Made by a program: the position numbers and the translations under genes. A stretch of DNA of 64,000 nt, from NCBI GenBank assembly GCA_963845935.1, contig CAWJTZ010000013.1, forward strand, positions 63,081 through 127,080, given 5' to 3'. Within the stretch, counting starts at the first letter, position 1. Each line of letters opens with the position of its first letter. Source of the DNA: an uncultured Gaiellaceae bacterium. Lineage in GTDB: Bacteria > Actinomycetota > Thermoleophilia > Gaiellales > Gaiellaceae. The notes beneath the pieces are model-generated. The model searched no databases. It saw only the letters and a program-made list of their open reading frames with translations, and was not told the origin of the DNA. This document shows, piece by piece, positions 58,486 through 64,000 of this stretch.

Positions 58486-59385
58486 GTGGCTGGGTCCCGC
58501 GTGACGGTCTACGACGTCGGCCCGCGGGACGGCCTGCAGAACGAGCCGGAGGTCCTCGACGTCGAGGTTCGAGCGGACCTCGTCCGCCGGATCGTGGACG
58601 CACGCGTGCCCGGGGTCGAGGTAGCGAGTTTCGTCGATCCGAAACGGGTCCCGCAGATGGCCGGAGCGGAGGACGTGGTCGCAGCGGTGGGTCCATGCCC
58701 GGGGCCGGTACGCGCGGGTCTCGCACTGAACGAGCGCGGCTACGAGCGGCTGCTCGCGACCGGCCTCGACGAGGTGCGCTTCGCCTTCGGAGTCACGGAG
58801 TCGTTCAACCAGCAAAACCAGGGCGCGTCTGTCGAGGATTCCATCGTCGCGGCTCGGAGGATCGCCGCGCGTGCGCGTGGGGACGGCCTCCGCTGCTCGG
58901 TCACGCTGAGCGTGGCGTTCGGATGCCCGTTCGAAGGCGAGGTCGGTCCCGACCGAGTCGTCGAGGTCGCAGAGCGCGTCGCCGAGGTGGAGCCGGACTG
59001 CCTCATCCTCGCGGACACGATCGGCGTCGCCTCCCCGAGCGCGGTTCGCTCCCTGACGAGCCGCGCCGCCGCGCTCGGGCGTCCCGTGGGGGGCCACTTC
59101 CACAACACGCGCAACACGGGGTACGCGAACGCGCTCGCTGCGCTCGACGCCGGGGCAACGGTGCTCGACGCCTCCGTCGGAGGGCTCGGCGGCTGTCCGT
59201 TCGCCCCGAACGCGACGGGGAACATCGCCACCGAGGACCTGGTGTACGTCCTCGGGCGAGAGGGCATCGAGACCGGCATCGACCTCGATCGCCTGATCGA
59301 TACCAGCGAGTGGCTCGCCGGGCTGCTCGGACGGCGTCTCGAGGGCCAGCTCTACCGCGCCGGACGCTTCCCGGCGAGCGCCTAG
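58486..59385 (+). CDS. Hydroxymethylglutaryl-CoA lyase
   Basis: 299 aa. VTVYDVGPRDGLQNE...LADTIGVA...HFHNTRNTGYANALAALDAGA...GGLGGCPFAPNATGNIATEDL. Confidence 0.9.
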   Translation: MAGSRVTVYDVGPRDGLQNEPEVLDVEVRADLVRRIVDARVPGVEVASFVDPKRVPQMAGAEDVVAAVGPCPGPVRAGLALNERGYERLLATGLDEVRFAFGVTESFNQQNQGASVEDSIVAARRIAARARGDGLRCSVTLSVAFGCPFEGEVGPDRVVEVAERVAEVEPDCLILADTIGVASPSAVRSLTSRAAALGRPVGGHFHNTRNTGYANALAALDAGATVLDASVGGLGGCPFAPNATGNIATEDLVYVLGREGIETGIDLDRLIDTSEWLAGLLGRRLEGQLYRAGRFPASA

Positions 59386-60500
59386 CAGCGCGCGGGTCGG
59401 ATCGTCCCCCGCACCTCGGCGAGCTCGAGCTCCCCGGCCCGACCGCGCAGGACGACCTCGTCGTCGTCCTCGAGGAACGAACGCGTCGACCCGTCGGCGA
59501 GCCCGATGGGATGCTCGCCGTTCCGCGTCAGCTCGATCAGCGACCCTTCGCTTCCCTGCTCGGGCCCGGAGATCGTCCCGGATGCGAACAGGTCGCCCGT
59601 CGCCACCGAGGCGCCGTTCACGGTGGCATGCGCGAGCTGCTGCGGCATCGTCCAGTAGAGCCCACGTGCGTTCGTACGCGAGACGACCGTGCCGCCGACC
59701 TCGACCTCGAGCTCGACGTCGAGCGCCCAGTCGCCCTCGGCGCGGAGGTACCGGAGCGGCTGCGGATCCTGCGCCGGAGCAGGTACGAACCTGTCCTCGA
59801 GGAGTGCCAGCGGCGTGACCCAGGCGCCGATCGAGGTCGCGAACGACTTGCCGAGGAAGGGGCCGAGCGGCTGGTACTCCCACGCCTGGATGTCGCGCGC
59901 ACTCCAGTCGTTGACGAGCACGACGCCGAAGACGTGGTCGCGGAAGGCCGAGGCCGGCACGGGCTCGGCCAGCGTGCTTCCGACTCCGACGACGAAGCCG
60001 AGCTCGAGCTCGATGTCGAGTCTCCGGCTCGGACCGAAGCGTGGCGCCTCGTCGGAGGGAGCCTTCGACTGGCCGCACGGCCGCACGATCGGTGTCCCGC
60101 TGACGACCACGGTCCCGGCGCGGCCGTGGTACCCGACCGGGAGGTGGCGCCAGTTCGGCAGGAGCGGGTCGGAGTCGGGACGGAAGAGGCGGCCGAGGTT
60201 GGTGGCGTGCTCGAGCGACGAGTAGAAGTCGACGTAGTCCGCGACCGCGAACGGCATGTGAACCTCGGCGTCCTCCAGCGGCACGAGGTCCACGCCGGAG
60301 TCGACGAGCTGATGTATGCGCGCCATCGTGTCCTCCCAGGAGGACCGCCCGAGCGCGAGGAACGGATTCAGGCTCGGCAGTTCGAAGACGCGGCCGAGCC
60401 CCTGCGTCGCCAGATCGAGGACGCCGTGACCGACGCGGAACCCGACGCGTGGACCGTCACTGCCGACCGAGAAGACGCCGAAGCCCACCGCGCCGTTCAT
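59382..60500 (-). CDS. fahA: Fumarylacetoacetase
   Basis: ORF 59382..60605; the likely ATG is at 60500. ...ADYVDFYSSLEHATNLGRLFRPD...LPVGYHGRAGTVVVSGT...VLVNDWSARDIQAWEYQPLGPFLGKSF. Confidence 0.88.
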   Translation of the reverse strand: MNGAVGFGVFSVGSDGPRVGFRVGHGVLDLATQGLGRVFELPSLNPFLALGRSSWEDTMARIHQLVDSGVDLVPLEDAEVHMPFAVADYVDFYSSLEHATNLGRLFRPDSDPLLPNWRHLPVGYHGRAGTVVVSGTPIVRPCGQSKAPSDEAPRFGPSRRLDIELELGFVVGVGSTLAEPVPASAFRDHVFGVVLVNDWSARDIQAWEYQPLGPFLGKSFATSIGAWVTPLALLEDRFVPAPAQDPQPLRYLRAEGDWALDVELEVEVGGTVVSRTNARGLYWTMPQQLAHATVNGASVATGDLFASGTISGPEQGSEGSLIELTRNGEHPIGLADGSTRSFLEDDDEVVLRGRAGELELAEVRGTIRPARC

Positions 60501-60603
60501 GCGGACCGAGGATGCCTGCACGCGCGCGTCTCCATGCCCGAGTGATCTTCGCAGAGCCGCTCTCAAGCGGACTCCGCCACCATCCGATGAGGTCCGAGGC
60601 GAC

Positions 60604-63244
60604 ATGTCCGACCCTGCACCCGTCGAGCCGGATCACCGGCCGCACATCAGCCTCGTCTCGAGCGGCTCTGCCGAGCCGTATCGCAGGCTGGCCGAGATCT
60701 TCCACGACGTCCTCTCGGAGCAGAGCCTCGGTGCACTGCTCGAGCGCATCGCGGACGCGCTGGCGGTGCTGATCCCGTACGAGGACGTGCACATCTACGA
60801 GGCAGACGAGGCGAAGCGCGAGCTCAGCGCGGTCCTGGCGCGCGGCGACTGGGCCGACGAGGTCATGAGCGAGTCGTTCTCGTTCGGCGAAGGGATCACC
60901 GGCTGGGCGGTCGACCATCGCGAGGCGGTCCTCGCCAACCAGGCCCACCTCGATCCACGCGTGCGCTTCGTGCCCGGCACGCCCGTCGAGCCCGAGGCGC
61001 TCATCGCCGTCCCGCTCATCGCACGCGGACAGCTCAAGGGGACGCTCAACATCTACCGCGTCGGCGAAGAGGCCGCGTTCACCGATGAGGAGTTCCTCCT
61101 GGCGAAGCGCTTCGGCGACGCGGCCGCTCTCGCCATCGACAACGCCCACATCCGCGCGCGTCTCGAGCACCAGGCGGAGACCGACGCACTGACGGGTCTC
61201 TACAACCACCGCTCGTTCCACGATCGACTCCGCCAGGAGCTGCTCCGAGCATCCGCCGCCCACGAGACTGTCGCGGTCGTGATGCTCGATCTCGACGACT
61301 TCAAGAAGGTGAACGACGTCTACGGCCACGGCATCGGCGACCACCTCCTGCAGCGCGTAGCCGACGTCTTGCGCGCGACCGTCCGCACGACAGACGTCGT
61401 CTGCCGCGTCGGCGGCGAGGAGTTCGCAGTGATCCTCCCTGCCGGCGACATGCGGAGCTCCACCGCGCTCGCCGAGCGCATCGGCGTCGAGCTCGGACTG
61501 CTCGAGGCCGAGGCCGTCGGCAAGCTCTCGGTCTCGACCGGGATCGCCATCGGCCCCGAGAACGCCGCCAACCCGCGCGAGCTCGTCGCCTGCGCGGAGG
61601 CGGCGATGATGACGGCGAAGGCCCGCGGGAAGGGGCTCGTGGTGCCCTTCGACGAGAGCGCGCGCGAACGTCCCGACGAAGAGCGCATCCGCCGAGACGA
61701 CGTGCGCTCGATCGCGCACCTCAAAATGCTTCAGAGCCTCTCGGGGAAGCTCTCGCGGCTGAACGACGTCGAGCAGATCGGGCTCGCGATGGCCGACGAG
61801 CTCCGGCTGCTCATCGACTACCACAACTGTCGAGTCTTCTTCCGCGAGGACGACGACCTCGTGCCCGTCGCGTTCCGCGGCGACCTCATCACCGCGGAGC
61901 CCGGGCGACCCCGTCAACCTCCTCCCGACGCAGGTCGGTCGCGGCATCACGGGCTGGGTCGCAGGCAAGGGCGAGCCGCTCCTCGTCGGAGACGCCGCCA
62001 ATCACGAGTTCGGCGAGCGAATCGCGGGCACGGCCGACATCGAGGAGTCGCTCCTCGCCGTCCCGCTCAGATACGGGCCACGCGTGACCGGCGTCATCGT
62101 CATCTCGAAGCTCGGACTCGACCAGTTCGACTCCGACGACCTCCGGCTGCTCGAGGTGATGGCCGGCCACGCTTCCGTCGCGCTCGAGAACGCTCGCCTC
62201 TACGAGGCGCAGCGCCGCGAGGCCGAGAGCGCGAAGGCCCTCCTCGAGTTCTCGCGCGACCTCGCCGAAGCGTCCGGCATCACCGAGGTAGCGGAGCGCG
62301 TGACGACCGGCACCGTCGAGATTCTCGCGAGCCCGGGCACGTCCGTCTGGCTCCAGCACGTGGAGGACGGAGCGCTCGAGCGCCTCGCCGCGTTCCCGGC
62401 GGACGACCGCGACGTGCGGATCCCGGCAGAGCACCTCGAGCCGTGGCTCGGCCGGCGCGAGCCGTACACCGTCGACCCGTCCGACTACGCCGCGATCGCC
62501 AAGATCCCCGAAGGCACCGAGGGACGCTTCGCAATCGCGCCGTTCACGGTCGACGGACGCTGGGGTGTGGTCGCAGCCGCGGTTGCATCGCGGTCGACCC
62601 ACGACGACCGGGACCTCGAGCTGCTCGGCAGCATCGCCCGCCAGACGCGCCTCGCACTCCAGACAGCGGCGAGCTACGAGACGCTCGAGCGGACGTTCCT
62701 CGCGACCGTCGAGGCTCTCGCGAATGCGCTCGAGGCGAAGGACGAGTACACCTCGTCGCACGCGCGCTGGATCACCGACCTCGCGCTACGAGTCGGTCGG
62801 GAACTCGGCCTGGAGTCGCACGAGCTCAAGCGGCTCGAGCTGGGCGCCCTCTTCCACGACATCGGGAAGATCGGCATCCCCTCCCGGATCCTCGCAAAAC
62901 CCGGGGCGCTCACGCCCGACGAACGGACGATCGTCGAGACCCACCCCGTTCTCGGCGAACGCATCCTCGCGCCGATCGAGCAGCTCGGCGAGGTCAGGCT
63001 CATCGTCCGCTGCGCGCACGAGCACTACGACGGCACGGGCTACCCCGATCAGCTCTCGGGAGAGCAGATCCCGCTCGAGTCTCGCATCGTGCTCGCGTGC
63101 GACGCCTTCCACGCGATGACGACCGACCGGCCGTATCGGAAGTCGCTCGGTGTGGACGAGGGCAAGCGGCGACTCGTCGAGGCCTCGGGCGCGCAGTTCG
63201 ATCCGCAGGTCGTGGACGCGCTCCTGCGCGTCCTTCGTGACTAG
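60604..63244 (+). pseudogene. GAF-GGDEF-GAF-HD-GYP multidomain c-di-GMP signalling protein, frame switch near 61906
   Basis: ATG 60604. GAF (ITGWAVDHREAVL), GGDEF (DALTGLYNHRSF...RVGGEEFAVIL), GAF (GITGWVAGKGEPLLV, after the switch), HD-GYP (ALFHDIGKIGIP...HEHYDGTGYP). Confidence 0.88.
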
Positions 63245-64000
63245 ACGCCTGCGGCCTCGGCGCTGCGGAGCCCGCGGAAGGCCCAGATCCAGAAGAGCAG
63301 GCCGAGTCCGAGCGCGATCGCGAAGGCGGCAGCGACGTGCGGGGCGTCACCGGCGACGAAGCCGCGCCCGGTTTCCAGCAGGTACGTCAACGGGTTGACC
63401 GTCGCGGCGCCGTGGATCCACCCCTGGAGCAGATCGTGCGGCACGTAGACGGGTGCGAAGAAGAGGATGAGGAAGACCGGCATCTGCATGAGCGGCCCGG
63501 CCTGGATCGTCCGGAGCCGCATCGCGACCCCGCCCGCCCAGAAGAAACCGCAGAAGTTGACGAGCGCGGCCAGCACGTAGAGCCCGACGAGATCGACCGG
63601 ACCGCCCACGACGTTCATCCCGACCGCGAAGGCGACGACCGTCAGGAGAACGGCGACGATCGACCAGCGGACGAGTGCCGCACCCGCGTAGCCGAGGACG
63701 ATCCCACTCCGGTGCGGAGCCGCGAGCATGAGTCGCTTCGCGAACCCGCCCTCGAAGTCTCGTGCGACGCCGAAGCCGGTGAAGACGCCGCTGAACGCCG
63801 CCGACTGCAGCAGGACGAAGACGAACTGGAACGCCGTGTAGCCGGGCGGGAAGTCGAAGCCCGGGACGTTCGCGACCTGGGACAGGCCGCCGGCGAACGC
63901 CGTGAAGAAGAACAACGGGAACGCCATCGTCGGAAGGAGGATCTGCGGGTTCGTGAGGGCGTTCTTCAGCGTCCGCCAGGCGACACCGCGACACGACGTT
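63241..64000 (-). CDS. ABC-2 type transporter permease; the 5' end is outside the window
   Basis: The ORF is open to the window edge (...WRTLKNALTNPQILLPTMAFPLFFFTAFAGGL...). Five or more hydrophobic segments; stop at 63241. Confidence 0.8.
   Translation of the reverse strand, partial: TSCRGVAWRTLKNALTNPQILLPTMAFPLFFFTAFAGGLSQVANVPGFDFPPGYTAFQFVFVLLQSAAFSGVFTGFGVARDFEGGFAKRLMLAAPHRSGIVLGYAGAALVRWSIVAVLLTVVAFAVGMNVVGGPVDLVGLYVLAALVNFCGFFWAGGVAMRLRTIQAGPLMQMPVFLILFFAPVYVPHDLLQGWIHGAATVNPLTYLLETGRGFVAGDAPHVAAAFAIALGLGLLFWIWAFRGLRSAEAAGV

Noticed and set aside
1-64000. Programmed ribosomal frameshifting or transcriptional slippage as the explanation for the frame switches
   Set aside because: The junctions occur in about 20 unrelated genes with no shared slippery heptamer or homopolymer context that I could see. 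Several occur in threes within 30-100 nt, which no known recoding mechanism explains.
1-64000. CRISPR arrays, IS elements or transposases, integrases, prophage genes, toxin-antitoxin or known defence-system genes, and rRNA
   Set aside because: I read through all intergenic regions and ORF translations and found no spaced direct-repeat arrays, no DDE, tyrosine or serine recombinase motifs, and no rRNA-like sequence. Absence is by eye only and should be confirmed with dedicated tools.

Overview
The window is a high-GC (spot counts about 68-77% G+C) chromosomal segment. Its content looks actinobacterial: a SigH/SigR-type ECF sigma factor with a ZAS anti-sigma partner, DtxR, PhzF and M16/M32 peptidases. 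I can support about 65 protein genes, mostly housekeeping or metabolic. They include nadE, two AMP-forming CoA synthetases including acs, aconitase, a three-subunit molybdo-hydroxylase operon, HtrA, Tag, Mug, a BolA/Grx pair, fumarylacetoacetase, HMG-CoA lyase, ABC-2 exporters and a GGDEF/HD-GYP protein. There is one intact tRNA-Arg(CCT). I found no rRNA, CRISPR array, IS element, integrase or recognisable defence system.

Three things stand out:
1. At least 35 places where a well-conserved protein continues in another reading frame. Nearly all behave like single-base insertions. They affect about 20 genes and are very unevenly distributed. I think consensus errors are more likely than real gene decay, but this needs read-level checking.
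2. A rearranged tRNA-Arg(CCT) locus. Two orphan 38-nt tRNA 5' halves (35/38 identical, both ending right after the anticodon loop) sit as direct repeats around a 2.6-kb insert. The insert carries a 14-blade beta-propeller gene and a truncated nuclease gene. It lies at the left edge of a lower-GC block (about 45.9-52.7 kb).
3. That block holds a co-oriented GMC flavoprotein dehydrogenase + TAT small subunit + FixH-like + cupredoxin cluster with no cytochrome c subunit. It is also the densest frameshift hot spot.

Other supportable regulatory or architectural points are a GGAAT-N18-GTT promoter in front of the sigma gene, and a perfect 14-bp palindrome between a DtxR/MntR-type regulator and a multicopper-oxidase/ZIP operon. 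I did not find a clear-cut new multi-gene system. The findings are ranked with that in mind.
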